From a virus: a stretch of DNA of 64,000 bases. The DNA is taken from IMG/VR virus record IMGVR_UViG_3300022821_000015, positions 13,973-77,972 of that record; one strand, 5' to 3'. This document shows, in pieces, positions 9,399-18,304 of the stretch. The position numbers and the translations under genes were made by a program. Below the pieces are notes generated by a model. It worked only from the letters and a program-made list of their open reading frames with translations. It had not been told where the DNA came from and did not search any database. How positions within the stretch are numbered: the first letter of the stretch is position 1; the number at the start of each line of letters is the position of its first letter.

Positions 9399-9969
9399 TT
9401 TCATCAAGCAAGTTCATGTGCACTTTAACCAGTTCTGCGTAACTGATTGCGTGACTATGTTTAAATGCATAGCCATCGTCTGTCTTATCCCATACCGTTT
9501 GTGATATTTCTTTCCAAGGTTTATCTTGAAGATGTTTCTTTCCGGGACGAATAACTGATATAAACATAGCCATTCGGGCTACGCTATCTGGTTTCATTTT
9601 GATAAGTAAATCAAAGTAGTTACCAATATGTATTATTTTACCACAAAAGTCTTTGTCAGTCCATATTCTTTTCCAGTTAGGTTCACGTGCCATCAACTCG
9701 TTCAAGTGTTCTTCATCTCGCACAAGTTCATATACATGCACGTTCAGAATATCAAGCTTGATATAGCCAAGGGTTTCTGCTTCTTTATAATCAATCGCCG
9801 CCATTTTCGTGCGGGGGTCGAAGCCAATATCGGTGACGTATATACCAGTATTGTGCTTGACCATTTTCCCTTCACGATTGATAGAAGCGTTGACATAGGA
9901 AATATGCTCTAGAACTTTTGTTCTGTCGGCTGTATCTATGTCAACGTCTGGTAAATCAAAGTGTGCCAT
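9385..9969 (-). CDS. Miniature DNA polymerase III alpha (DnaE, family C) catalytic-core protein
   Basis: PDVDID, KHNTGIY, KLDILNV, IRPG and GYAFKHSHAISY occur in DnaE order in only ~194 aa; start revised to MAHFDLPD. Confidence 0.8.
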   Translation of the reverse strand: MAHFDLPDVDIDTADRTKVLEHISYVNASINREGKMVKHNTGIYVTDIGFDPRTKMAAIDYKEAETLGYIKLDILNVHVYELVRDEEHLNELMAREPNWKRIWTDKDFCGKIIHIGNYFDLLIKMKPDSVARMAMFISVIRPGKKHLQDKPWKEISQTVWDKTDDGYAFKHSHAISYAELVKVHMNLLDETISA

Positions 9970-10327
9970 CTTTACGCATTTGTTCCCTGATTTTGGTTGC
10001 ACTGATTTCTTGGGTTGCTTCATCTAATACTTCTTCGGTAATAGCATACCCTACCCCACGACCATAAACGATTTCTGTAATATTCGGCACTAACATAATA
10101 TCATATTGCTTACCGATATGAAAACTGTGACTATTCAAACCTTCAATAATATTTGCCTTAACGGTATTGAAATCAAATGGGTTGTCTTCGACACCGTTCA
10201 CATCACGTATTTGAATCATTACCTGACCCGTCTTGGCATAGGCTCGCTTGAATAGTTCAAGGTGACCATCATGCCATGGCTGAAATCTCCCCAATAGTTG
10301 CACTGTCGGCTTTTTCCAATCAAACAT
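9956..10327 (-). CDS. HIGH-family nucleotidyltransferase (cytidylyltransferase-like)
   Basis: GRFQPWHDGH (HxGH) and ISATKIR motifs. Confidence 0.85.
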   Translation of the reverse strand: MFDWKKPTVQLLGRFQPWHDGHLELFKRAYAKTGQVMIQIRDVNGVEDNPFDFNTVKANIIEGLNSHSFHIGKQYDIMLVPNITEIVYGRGVGYAITEEVLDEATQEISATKIREQMRKDGTL

Positions 10328-10493
10328 TTTTTGTTTCCTCGTACATCCGTATTACTACCTCGTGTGTTTCACGTACACGATAGTCAACGCCTTGCGTGCG
10401 TACAAGCGTGTTTGCCCCTAAGTGTTCAATCGATTGGATATGCTCGGGTATCACATAAACTTCTACATTTGTTTCTGATAAGTGTAATCTCAT
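10320..10493 (-). CDS. FlbD/SwrD-like small protein (57 aa, not in ORF track)
   Basis: MRLHLSETNVEVYVIPEHIQSIEHLGANTLVRTQGVDYRVRETHEVVIRM...; fills the gap with overlaps to both neighbours; matches the FlbD pattern by eye. Confidence 0.5.
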   Translation of the reverse strand: MRLHLSETNVEVYVIPEHIQSIEHLGANTLVRTQGVDYRVRETHEVVIRMYEETKNV

Positions 10494-11182
10494 AATCTTG
10501 CTTCCTTTAACATTGTCTTCATATATTCTACATCTGATATGTAGTTATCAAATCGTTTCATCCAATAATCTGGATCAATATAACGAAACACCATTCCAAC
10601 GTGGTCTGCATTAAAACTTCCCAAACATTCCTGTCCACTATCACAGTTATATAATACCCACGGCGATATATCACCACGTAATATATCATTACAAATAACC
10701 GATGGTGCCGCATATTTAAAATAGTGATACCATTCACCTTCGTGCGTATCTGCCCATCTAATCATAGTCTCAAATGCCCGATGTAAGGTATCGCTTGGAT
10801 TTTCTTTACGAAGCATATCAATAAGATAGTCTTCATATAATGCATCACTACACCATTTGTCTAATTTTTTTCCACTGTTGATTACGAAATCAATATACTT
10901 CTCTGGCTTTTTAGCACTAATCATTTTGATATGGCGTCCAAATTTTACGAACGCTATGTAGAATTGTGACTCCATAAATTCCTGATAGGTTGGCGGGGTT
11001 TGCTTGTTTTGCTTTATCTTATAAAATCGCAGATAGGTTCGATAACCAAGCTGGACACCTCGCTCGTTTTCTTGTTCTTTGCGACGTTTCTTTTCACAGG
11101 AATGCGCAAATAATGTTGTTTCCCTGCGGTATGATTTACCACAAAAGTTGCACTTAAATTGCGGACTTAATTCGCTTTGCAT
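10490..11182 (-). CDS. Hypothetical protein with N-terminal C2H2-like zinc finger
   Basis: FKCNFCGKSY...FAHSC. Confidence 0.65.
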   Translation of the reverse strand: MQSELSPQFKCNFCGKSYRRETTLFAHSCEKKRRKEQENERGVQLGYRTYLRFYKIKQNKQTPPTYQEFMESQFYIAFVKFGRHIKMISAKKPEKYIDFVINSGKKLDKWCSDALYEDYLIDMLRKENPSDTLHRAFETMIRWADTHEGEWYHYFKYAAPSVICNDILRGDISPWVLYNCDSGQECLGSFNADHVGMVFRYIDPDYWMKRFDNYISDVEYMKTMLKEARL

Positions 11183-11615
11183 CCCATCCCCTATCTAGTA
11201 GCATCTGTTTAACATCTTCCTTAGTATATATCACATCTAGCGTTTCCAATTCCATGTCACCCAGATTGGGAAATATTTCTTCAAGGACTGCAATTTTCTT
11301 GTTCTTAGTCTTCTTCGCCATAGGCACCCATTCGTGAAATTGTTTACCCATATTCGGACTAATATCACATAGCATATTCCACATTAACTTCTTGTGTTTG
11401 CTATTCAAATCCCAAAATCCTGTATTCACAAACTCATTGGTAGCACGGAAATACCATTCTTTAAGGTCTTTGCCGCCACCTTTACAAAATGCCATATACC
11501 GTATTAGCACATACGGCTGGATTTCCTTTTGTTCTTCTTCGTTCAGATTATCAAAGAACGCTCGGTCTTTACGATCCAGTGCGGATAATACTGATGATAA
11601 TGCTAGTTTAGCCAT
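11154..11615 (-). CDS. Putative clamp-loader small subunit (gp62-like)
   Basis: L..LDRK...PYVLIRYMA...NEFVN...HKKL...QFHEW pattern; start revised to MAKLAL. Confidence 0.45.
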   Translation of the reverse strand: MAKLALSSVLSALDRKDRAFFDNLNEEEQKEIQPYVLIRYMAFCKGGGKDLKEWYFRATNEFVNTGFWDLNSKHKKLMWNMLCDISPNMGKQFHEWVPMAKKTKNKKIAVLEEIFPNLGDMELETLDVIYTKEDVKQMLLDRGWDAKRIKSAI

Positions 11616-11907
11616 AGTTGTCGTATACCTGTTTAATTTCATTTGCGAACATAAGATCGAAAAAGAACGTATCTTTTAGTTCCTTAAAGTGTAACACATA
11701 AATGGTAGTAGAATTAATTTTCATAACTACTATTTCAGTTCTGAATTCAATCCGTTCAATCATTCCCGACCGTTTAATGAATTCACTTATCTCGTCAACT
11801 ATTTGGGTGTTGCGTAGATTATAGTGATAAACTCTCGGCTCCACTTTTAAAATCGTTGCTGTATTACTGCTCATACTTTTGTTCGGTTGCGTAAACCTTG
11901 TCGTCAT
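11608..11907 (-). CDS. Hypothetical protein
   Basis: Overlapping co-directional ORF; true start is probably an internal Met. Confidence 0.5.
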   Translation of the reverse strand: MTTRFTQPNKSMSSNTATILKVEPRVYHYNLRNTQIVDEISEFIKRSGMIERIEFRTEIVVMKINSTTIYVLHFKELKDTFFFDLMFANEIKQVYDNYG

Positions 11908-12262
11908 CTGGACCTACATAGGCGTGATTGATTAGGGCACGATTAGTAGACTTGGATAACCCATCAATCATTGCTTGTTTGTCAAACTCAACGAACTCTT
12001 TTTTATCTACTTTAATACCTTTTGATTGTAACTTGCCAATCACGTCATTATATTCTTCTACTAAAAGCTTATAGATTTCCGAAGCGATAATATATTCAAC
12101 TCGATTAATAGAATCGTGAATAGCCTTGCGACATTTTAATCTACCTGATACTTTTACAGACGCACATCTAAATTCATTAAAATTAAGATTATCAAGTGAT
12201 TTCATAATCGCAAGTCGTTCGTCTAATAAGTCGTCAATCTCTTTTATGTCGCACAATTCCAT
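11864..12262 (-). CDS. Hypothetical protein
   Basis: 132 aa, abuts the upstream stop. Confidence 0.55.
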   Translation of the reverse strand: MELCDIKEIDDLLDERLAIMKSLDNLNFNEFRCASVKVSGRLKCRKAIHDSINRVEYIIASEIYKLLVEEYNDVIGKLQSKGIKVDKKEFVEFDKQAMIDGLSKSTNRALINHAYVGPDDDKVYATEQKYEQ

Positions 12263-12763
12263 CTACCATACCTTACTGATATCTACGACTTCACATTGTC
12301 TCGTAATATCTTTAACGAAGTATACACAATCTGGACTGTCGCCACCTTCAAGTGGTATAGCTAATAGTTGACCCGGCTTTAACTTCGGAAAGAACCAGCG
12401 GACTTCAGTATATACATCTGCCAACTCAATAAGATGATATTGCGGTGTCTTTTTGCCGATAGGATTAAAGACAAATGCTTTGAATCCACGGTCATTGATG
12501 CTGGTTAATGGCACAACTTCAAGGTCGCCGAAATCTGGTTCACCGATTAATATTTGCCAATCCACTGGCATCTTGATACGCTTGTCGCCAATCTGCATAA
12601 CTAGTGCGGGGGCGTTGAATGATTCAAGAAAGATTAGTGGTGAAAAGTAATAGTCAGGGTCGGACGGATCACTGTTATCAAGGACACAAAAACGCATATC
12701 ATCGATTTCTTCTGGTAGCTCATCAATCTCAAATGTGCTATTTTCGTTTGTTAAAATTCTCAT
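12263..12763 (-). CDS. Hypothetical protein, possible degenerate Hint-fold
   Basis: 166 aa; beta-strand spacing resembles intein blocks but no catalytic Cys1, TxxH or terminal Asn. Confidence 0.6.
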   Translation of the reverse strand: MRILTNENSTFEIDELPEEIDDMRFCVLDNSDPSDPDYYFSPLIFLESFNAPALVMQIGDKRIKMPVDWQILIGEPDFGDLEVVPLTSINDRGFKAFVFNPIGKKTPQYHLIELADVYTEVRWFFPKLKPGQLLAIPLEGGDSPDCVYFVKDITRQCEVVDISKVW

Positions 12764-13224
12764 TTGTTATCCTTTTTATATGGATTATCACTATCAGCAC
12801 ACATTTCCAATGTAAACTGATAGTGTTCCCATGCTTTCTGTGCCACTGGATAGTTTGCTCTTGTCCACGTTTCGAACCGTTCGTTTGCAAGAACTTCTTC
12901 TGCTCGGCGTTTTCTATCGTATTCTTGATATTGATCAAAGTCGCTGCGCTTTTTATCAATTTCTAACATAATATTTTCACGATCTAATTCGGAAATATAT
13001 AATAAAGCATCGAGTGGCATTGTTGCCCTAACATTAGACACTTCTTCAACTTCGTGTTCGATCATAACAGACGCATCCATTGGGTTGACCGCATAAAAAT
13101 TTTCTGGAAGCGTGGCTCGGATATATTTACGAGTATCATCCATGCGAATATTTGTTATGGAATTTCGATGAAAAAATTCTTCGAGTTTGAATTTGTCCCG
13201 TGATCGTAGTTTTTCAAAAATCAT
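12760..13224 (-). CDS. Hypothetical protein with YPxAxKAWEHYQF C-terminal motif
   Basis: TRANYPVAQKAWEHYQF. Confidence 0.6.
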   Translation of the reverse strand: MIFEKLRSRDKFKLEEFFHRNSITNIRMDDTRKYIRATLPENFYAVNPMDASVMIEHEVEEVSNVRATMPLDALLYISELDRENIMLEIDKKRSDFDQYQEYDRKRRAEEVLANERFETWTRANYPVAQKAWEHYQFTLEMCADSDNPYKKDNK

Positions 13225-13520
13225 TTACTTACCATTTGTTTTGTGAATTGATAATGTTCCCACGCTTTTTGTGCTGCTGGAAAATCTTCACGGATTTTAT
13301 TTTCTTCTTCTTTTTCAGCTTTCAATATGCTAATTTCTGTCGCCAATCTTTTAATTTCGTCTTGCATCATTGTTAACTGATATCCGATATGGTTATTGCC
13401 AAGTTCTTTCGGTTGGGAGTTTCCACTTGAAATATAGCAATCCGTAATATAATTACGATTTGAATAATCATCGGGGTCATAATAAATGTTAGATGCTTGT
13501 AGTGTTGTTACTGGTTTCAT
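13221..13520 (-). CDS. Hypothetical protein sharing the same C-terminal motif
   Basis: IREDFPAAQKAWEHYQF. Confidence 0.6.
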   Translation of the reverse strand: MKPVTTLQASNIYYDPDDYSNRNYITDCYISSGNSQPKELGNNHIGYQLTMMQDEIKRLATEISILKAEKEEENKIREDFPAAQKAWEHYQFTKQMVSK

Positions 13521-13737
13521 TACATAATCCTTTTACAAATTCATATTTCTTATGTGCTTCTTCAACAGCTGGATACTCTGTTCGCATTCGTTGATCTTCT
13601 TTAATATCTTCAATCAATGGCATTATATAGTTTATTGCCGCAATCATATGATTGATTTGTTCAATGTCTATTCGGTCGTGGGGGCTGATGTGCGGAATAG
13701 GGACAAACGGTTTACCATAAGTGGATATTGCTGTCAT
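13489..13737 (-). CDS. Hypothetical protein sharing the same C-terminal motif
   Basis: MRTEYPAVEEAHKKYEF. Confidence 0.55.
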   Translation of the reverse strand: MTAISTYGKPFVPIPHISPHDRIDIEQINHMIAAINYIMPLIEDIKEDQRMRTEYPAVEEAHKKYEFVKGLCNETSNNTTSI

Positions 13738-13747
13738 TTACTTAAAC

Positions 13748-14599
13748 CTATTGCCAGTCCACTTTTTCGATTGAATATTCATATTGCGCTTCTTTGTAGA
13801 ATTTCTTCCTTTGGGTAAGATGCCGCTTCGCAAACTTACACGTTGACGTAACGTCCCAAATCTGCACGAAATCCTTGTCTTCCGCTTTACGGATACCCCG
13901 CCCAATACTCTGGATAACACGAATGAAACTCTTGCCCGGTTCCAACAACATAAGATTAAAGATGCGAGGTATGTTGATACCCACAGCAGCAACGCCATAG
14001 GTGGCAACGATAATCTTATTAGTTCCTGTTTTAATCTCGTCATAGGTTTCCTTTCGCTTATCGCCTTTTGTAGCACCACTTACGAACATAGCATCAAAGC
14101 CGTTATCGTTTAGTTTTACTACAATATCTTTACCCGCCTGAACACGGTCTACAAGGACAAGCATATTACCACTTTTACTTACCGTTGCAATAAGACCCGC
14201 CAAATAGTTCTGACGTTCGTTATCTGTTAACAAATATTTCAGTTCGCTTTGGTAGTTCGGGTATTCTTTAATGTCTATTAATTGTACCACATTTACATGG
14301 CAATTTGCAAGCACTCCTTTCTCCTGAAGTGATTTTGCTGATACCTCATTCAATACAGGACCGATAGCACATAGGATACCAGCCTTTGCTAACTCTTCTT
14401 TCGGAACGGTTCCCGTCAATCCCCAACGAACAGGAATATGTGCCATTGGACCCGTTAGAATATTTTTCAGCATATCAGCTTTTGCACCGTGACAGTTCGA
14501 TACGACTACGTTGTTCGCCACATAATTGTGGTTATTCTCCACATGAAGATTGTATGTTATTGCTGGCTTTTTTATTATTATCTTAGATTTCATTTTCAT
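13748..14599 (-). CDS. uvsW: UvsW helicase C-terminal half preceded by a 35-aa split-intein C-part
   Basis: IntC TYNLHVENNHNYVANNVVVSN|C, then HGAK, GLTGT (motif III), ATYGVAAVGINIP and QSIGRGIR (motif VI). Confidence 0.9.
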   Translation of the reverse strand: MKMKSKIIIKKPAITYNLHVENNHNYVANNVVVSNCHGAKADMLKNILTGPMAHIPVRWGLTGTVPKEELAKAGILCAIGPVLNEVSAKSLQEKGVLANCHVNVVQLIDIKEYPNYQSELKYLLTDNERQNYLAGLIATVSKSGNMLVLVDRVQAGKDIVVKLNDNGFDAMFVSGATKGDKRKETYDEIKTGTNKIIVATYGVAAVGINIPRIFNLMLLEPGKSFIRVIQSIGRGIRKAEDKDFVQIWDVTSTCKFAKRHLTQRKKFYKEAQYEYSIEKVDWQ

Positions 14600-15468
14600 C
14601 GTATATTACTCACCTTATCCTTTATGCTGTCTGGTAAATCAGTTAGCATTATCTCATCTATATTATGCTTGAACCACGACTGCGATACAATAGCGTATCC
14701 CCATCCCATCTGATTAGCCCATTCCGTAGCATATTTTTCCTTGGCACGGGATTTATCATTCATACACTCGGTAGGCTTTATCTCTATCAGTATACCAAGT
14801 GCTTCATTGTGAAAGTCAACTATGTAAATGTGCTCTACACCATCATGCATATATGGTATTCTAATTTTCTCGTATTCATAATCACTGTTAATCGAGTGCC
14901 ATGCAGCCTCCCACGATGATCTATATTTCATTCCGTTGTATTCTACTTGCCAGTGTGTCCAACTATTATGAATATTAGGAGTGAATTTCCCAGTCCTAAT
15001 ATTTTCCTTGACGCGAACAGATGATGCGTGTCGCTGTGCGATGGTAGGTGAAATACCGTACATCGGATTACCTTTCCCGATTCTATCGGTGGATAATTTC
15101 ATCAACCTATCATCATTCTCCTTCGTCAATCCTTTATTCCACGGAACAGTCCCGGTATGGCTATCCTTATTCCACGGCGTACCAGTGTTAAGGTTTTTTC
15201 TTATCTTGTCGCCGTGCTGTCTCTGACATTCACTTCCGCCAAGGTTTGCCGCCGAAGACTTGCGTTTAGAAATATATTCGGCACGCAATGTTTGATTTTG
15301 GTGATATGCAATATCAATGTCCCAACCTGCTCGGAATCTATTCCATAGCAGGTAACCCTTCTCTACAATACCGGTGGACGTTTCGAACAACCCATCTGCC
15401 ATCTGTGTCACTGTAATCTCAAATCCTGCGTCTTCCAACCTTTTGTTCCAATCAACTTTTTTTGCCAT
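14596..15468 (-). mobile_element. Free-standing homing endonuclease between the uvsW halves (NUMOD3-like repeats plus TnsA/gp4-like nuclease)
   Basis: PWNKD/PWNKG and GKGNPMYG repeats; YRSSWE...YEKIRIPY...YIVDF...IEIKP. Confidence 0.8.
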
Positions 15469-15477
15469 CTAAATATC

Positions 15478-15523
15478 CCATAAATACACCCGCTTTAGTG
15501 CGGTGTGTTCATAGTATTTATGC
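15478..15523 (-). promoter_or_regulatory. Late promoter (CATAAATA, overlapping the uvsW-N stop) with inverted repeats upstream of the endonuclease
   Basis: Minus strand gcaTAAATActatgaacacaccgcactaaagcgggtgtatttatg: arms cataaatac/gtatttatg and an inner acaccgc/gcgggtgt. Confidence 0.5.
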
Positions 15524-16540
15524 AAAGTACGAAATTATATCATGATTAATAGTCAGATGCTTCGCCTGAACCCATCCTTCAGTAGTTTTTATTTTATGAT
15601 TACCAGTTATCTCCAACACGGTATCATCGTCCATCGTAATCTCGTACATGTCTTCCGCATTAGACGATGCGAGGTTCTCGTGTCGTTTCATAACGCGATT
15701 GTACTCCATGGCACCGGTTTGTTCGTTGAGTGTCAGCACAATATCGCCTACGCTAATATCTTTAATCATCACATTCCCCTTCGATGTGCTCACTAATGTT
15801 TTTTCATCCAAACATTCATCAACAATAACCGCCACTACCCCGTATAAAAACTCTTCGATAGTAATGCCTTCGGTTTTGGCAGCTGTCTTCTTCATAAGTG
15901 CACCAAGGCTTTGCCAAGTGCATATAGTATGCTGAAATCCGATGTCTTTACGATCACCGTAATAGACGCCCACGTTTAGACCCATATTGATATAGTCTTC
16001 TTCCGTTTGCGTGACCAATGACTTATTCGGGACAATAACAATGGTTCGCCCTCGGTCTTCACACTTATGCGATAGAATAGCGGTTATAAGCGTTTTTCCA
16101 GCCCCTGTGGCGATTTCTTGGACACCTTGGGGGTTTTCTAGGAAACCATTGATAATCTCTACCTGATAGTCACGAACCGCCACGGGTGTTCCAGCTACGG
16201 GATGACCCTCTGGCCAGATGAAATCTTTATATGAATCTTCTTTTACTTTTTCAAATGGTTCAACATATGAATCGTATTTGCGGCGGTCATCAAGATCGAC
16301 TGTATATCCTTCTTTCTCAATATCTTCAAGAATATCAGGAAGCAGATTGATATATGTTCCGCCACCCATTTGAAAGAATGCAATCTTCCCATCCCACCGA
16401 CCTAGTTTGACCGAAGGGATATGGAACGCACCCGGTACTTCATATTTGAACTTGTTGTATAACTTTTTTCGTATAGAGGTATCTAAACCAGTAACCTTAC
16501 AATTGCATTCATCGTTTACTATAATTTTCGCTTTTGGCAT
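15518..16540 (-). CDS. uvsW: UvsW helicase N-terminal half ending in a 98-aa split-intein N-part
   Basis: RDYQ, ATGAGKT, VIVDE|CLDEKTLVST...ITGNH (block B), then stop. Confidence 0.9.
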   Translation of the reverse strand: MPKAKIIVNDECNCKVTGLDTSIRKKLYNKFKYEVPGAFHIPSVKLGRWDGKIAFFQMGGGTYINLLPDILEDIEKEGYTVDLDDRRKYDSYVEPFEKVKEDSYKDFIWPEGHPVAGTPVAVRDYQVEIINGFLENPQGVQEIATGAGKTLITAILSHKCEDRGRTIVIVPNKSLVTQTEEDYINMGLNVGVYYGDRKDIGFQHTICTWQSLGALMKKTAAKTEGITIEEFLYGVVAVIVDECLDEKTLVSTSKGNVMIKDISVGDIVLTLNEQTGAMEYNRVMKRHENLASSNAEDMYEITMDDDTVLEITGNHKIKTTEGWVQAKHLTINHDIISYFA

Positions 16541-17201
16541 TTAAATCCTTGTATATCAAATCTGTCCAGACTGTATGCCCTTCGATATCAGGATGCCCGT
16601 AATCATCGGCTTTTGGATATGTCTCTAAGTATTGCTCCATACTTGAACCCCACATTAACCACTTATCATTGTTTATCTTATCGATGCCCATATAAGGTGG
16701 TTGCATTTGTTTAGTAATAGGATGATTATCATCTTCAAACTGATGCAAGTAGTCATTTTCTAAAGCATTAAACATCAGATAATGGATATCTCTGTCTTCT
16801 AACATACGCTGTACAGTCCTTATATAATACACGGTTTGGTATAGTAAAGTCAAGTTATTATAACAGTTTTTATAATAAAACTCACGCATCTCAACTATAT
16901 CGCCAAATGCTTCTCTCTCCGGTAATGCCATTGAATGCATAATGCGTATCATATCCCCATCGTGATACGGTAGCTCATATCTTTCGTGCTGTGTCCATCC
17001 GATAACAACCATATCGGGATCATTATCCAAAAGATATTCAATCGTTGTTCTAAATATTCGGGCGTTTGAACCACCGCCTTTTGCTAGTTGGTCTAAATCG
17101 CAATCATATTTTCGCTGTAACTGATATGGCCATGAATCCGATTTATTAAAGTTATCATAAACCCCTTCGGTAAAACTACAACCGTTTGTCATTAAAAGCA
17201 T
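16509..17201 (-). CDS. SGNH-hydrolase-like protein
   Basis: NGCSFTEG, AKGGGSN and GHPDIEGH. Confidence 0.6.
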   Translation of the reverse strand: MLLMTNGCSFTEGVYDNFNKSDSWPYQLQRKYDCDLDQLAKGGGSNARIFRTTIEYLLDNDPDMVVIGWTQHERYELPYHDGDMIRIMHSMALPEREAFGDIVEMREFYYKNCYNNLTLLYQTVYYIRTVQRMLEDRDIHYLMFNALENDYLHQFEDDNHPITKQMQPPYMGIDKINNDKWLMWGSSMEQYLETYPKADDYGHPDIEGHTVWTDLIYKDLNAKSENYSKR

Positions 17202-18232
17202 TGGATTTCCATCCCTTGCTCAACGCCACCCGTGCCATCCGCACACCGACCGCACTCATGCCCACACCGTGTAAGTGATTTTGAATCCCATGCATTATTA
17301 ATCTTTAAAAACTCATTCATTATTTCTACCATCGATCTTTTATATCCATTGATATTAAGTTTCAAATCCTTTAATTCATATCCAAAGTCGCTGTCGTATG
17401 TATGCGGGAATGATCCACCAAGCCAACAGCAAGGCCACACGTCACCGTTCGCCGCCACATATATCATTTTACTATCGATTGATTTGCATTGGATTGTTTC
17501 ATAGTCAACCGATGTTGACAATATCATTTGATTGTCTATTTCGTAGTTTTGTTGCATTTGTTTTTCTAGTTTAAGATATTCATCTAGTGGAACAAGTGGT
17601 TCGGGATTGTCGCCAATCCAAAAAGGTTCACCCATGGGCGTATATGCCGCACCTTCGTTTCGGTTATCATCAAACACTTTGAATTCACTGAACCCATATT
17701 TCTCTGCTAATATTTTACAATCATTGCGTTGGTGTCGATTATGGGCAAACTCAATAAACTGCCAAGTTGCATATCCGCCAGCATCATTGAACGCACGTGC
17801 ATTTTCAATGATTTTATTCCAGAATGTTTGCTGTCTATAAATCTTATGAGTATCTTCAAGCCCATCGATACCAAATGTCACTTTAAGGTTTTTACTGGCT
17901 AAGTTTTTCCACCAGTCAGGCGAACGTAACGATCCATTGGTATGAACTTCTATTTCAACATGCGGATATTTTTCGTTTACATATTCCACAATCTCCACAA
18001 AATATGGCGATACACATGGATCGCCGTATGTTCCACACATATCCAATACCATATTTTCATTGGAAAGTATCTGATCGAATATTGTTTTAAATTGATCCAA
18101 TGTCATATCCATTATAGGGAAACCATCTCGAACACCGTATCCATTAAAGTTACGGGGGCAAAATGGACAGGCTGCATTGCACCTTGATGTTATCTCAACG
18201 TTGGCGTATTTAATATTTTGTACTGGGAACAT
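17192..18232 (-). CDS. Radical SAM protein with C-terminal SPASM/twitch domain
   Basis: CNAACPFC, GTYGDP, HTNGS, GIDG, YVAANGDVWPCC...CGHECG; start revised to MFPVQ. Confidence 0.85.
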   Translation of the reverse strand: MFPVQNIKYANVEITSRCNAACPFCPRNFNGYGVRDGFPIMDMTLDQFKTIFDQILSNENMVLDMCGTYGDPCVSPYFVEIVEYVNEKYPHVEIEVHTNGSLRSPDWWKNLASKNLKVTFGIDGLEDTHKIYRQQTFWNKIIENARAFNDAGGYATWQFIEFAHNRHQRNDCKILAEKYGFSEFKVFDDNRNEGAAYTPMGEPFWIGDNPEPLVPLDEYLKLEKQMQQNYEIDNQMILSTSVDYETIQCKSIDSKMIYVAANGDVWPCCWLGGSFPHTYDSDFGYELKDLKLNINGYKRSMVEIMNEFLKINNAWDSKSLTRCGHECGRCADGTGGVEQGMEIQCF

Positions 18233-18250
18233 ATAGTATTTACCATACAT

Positions 18251-18279
18251 AAGAAAGGGGCAGCATTTCTGCCACCCCC
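18251..18279 (-). terminator. Intrinsic terminator
   Basis: ggggtggca-GAAA-tgctgcccc followed by tttctt. Confidence 0.7.
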
Positions 18280-18304
18280 TCAAGGCTCAGTGTAAGTTGA
18301 CGCC

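Noticed and set aside
13748-16540. Splits in uvsW, uvsX and terL as sequencing frameshifts in contiguous inteins, or as group I introns
   Set aside because: Each junction has a clean stop, a new start and promoter/RBS signals. Intein blocks flank the exteins exactly, and there is no room for an intron core.
17192-18232. Radical SAM/SPASM as a RiPP maturase for the Cys-rich microproteins
   Set aside because: It is not linked to the arrays, has no evident RRE domain, and has a late-type rather than early promoter context. CxxC pairs fit zinc binding better.
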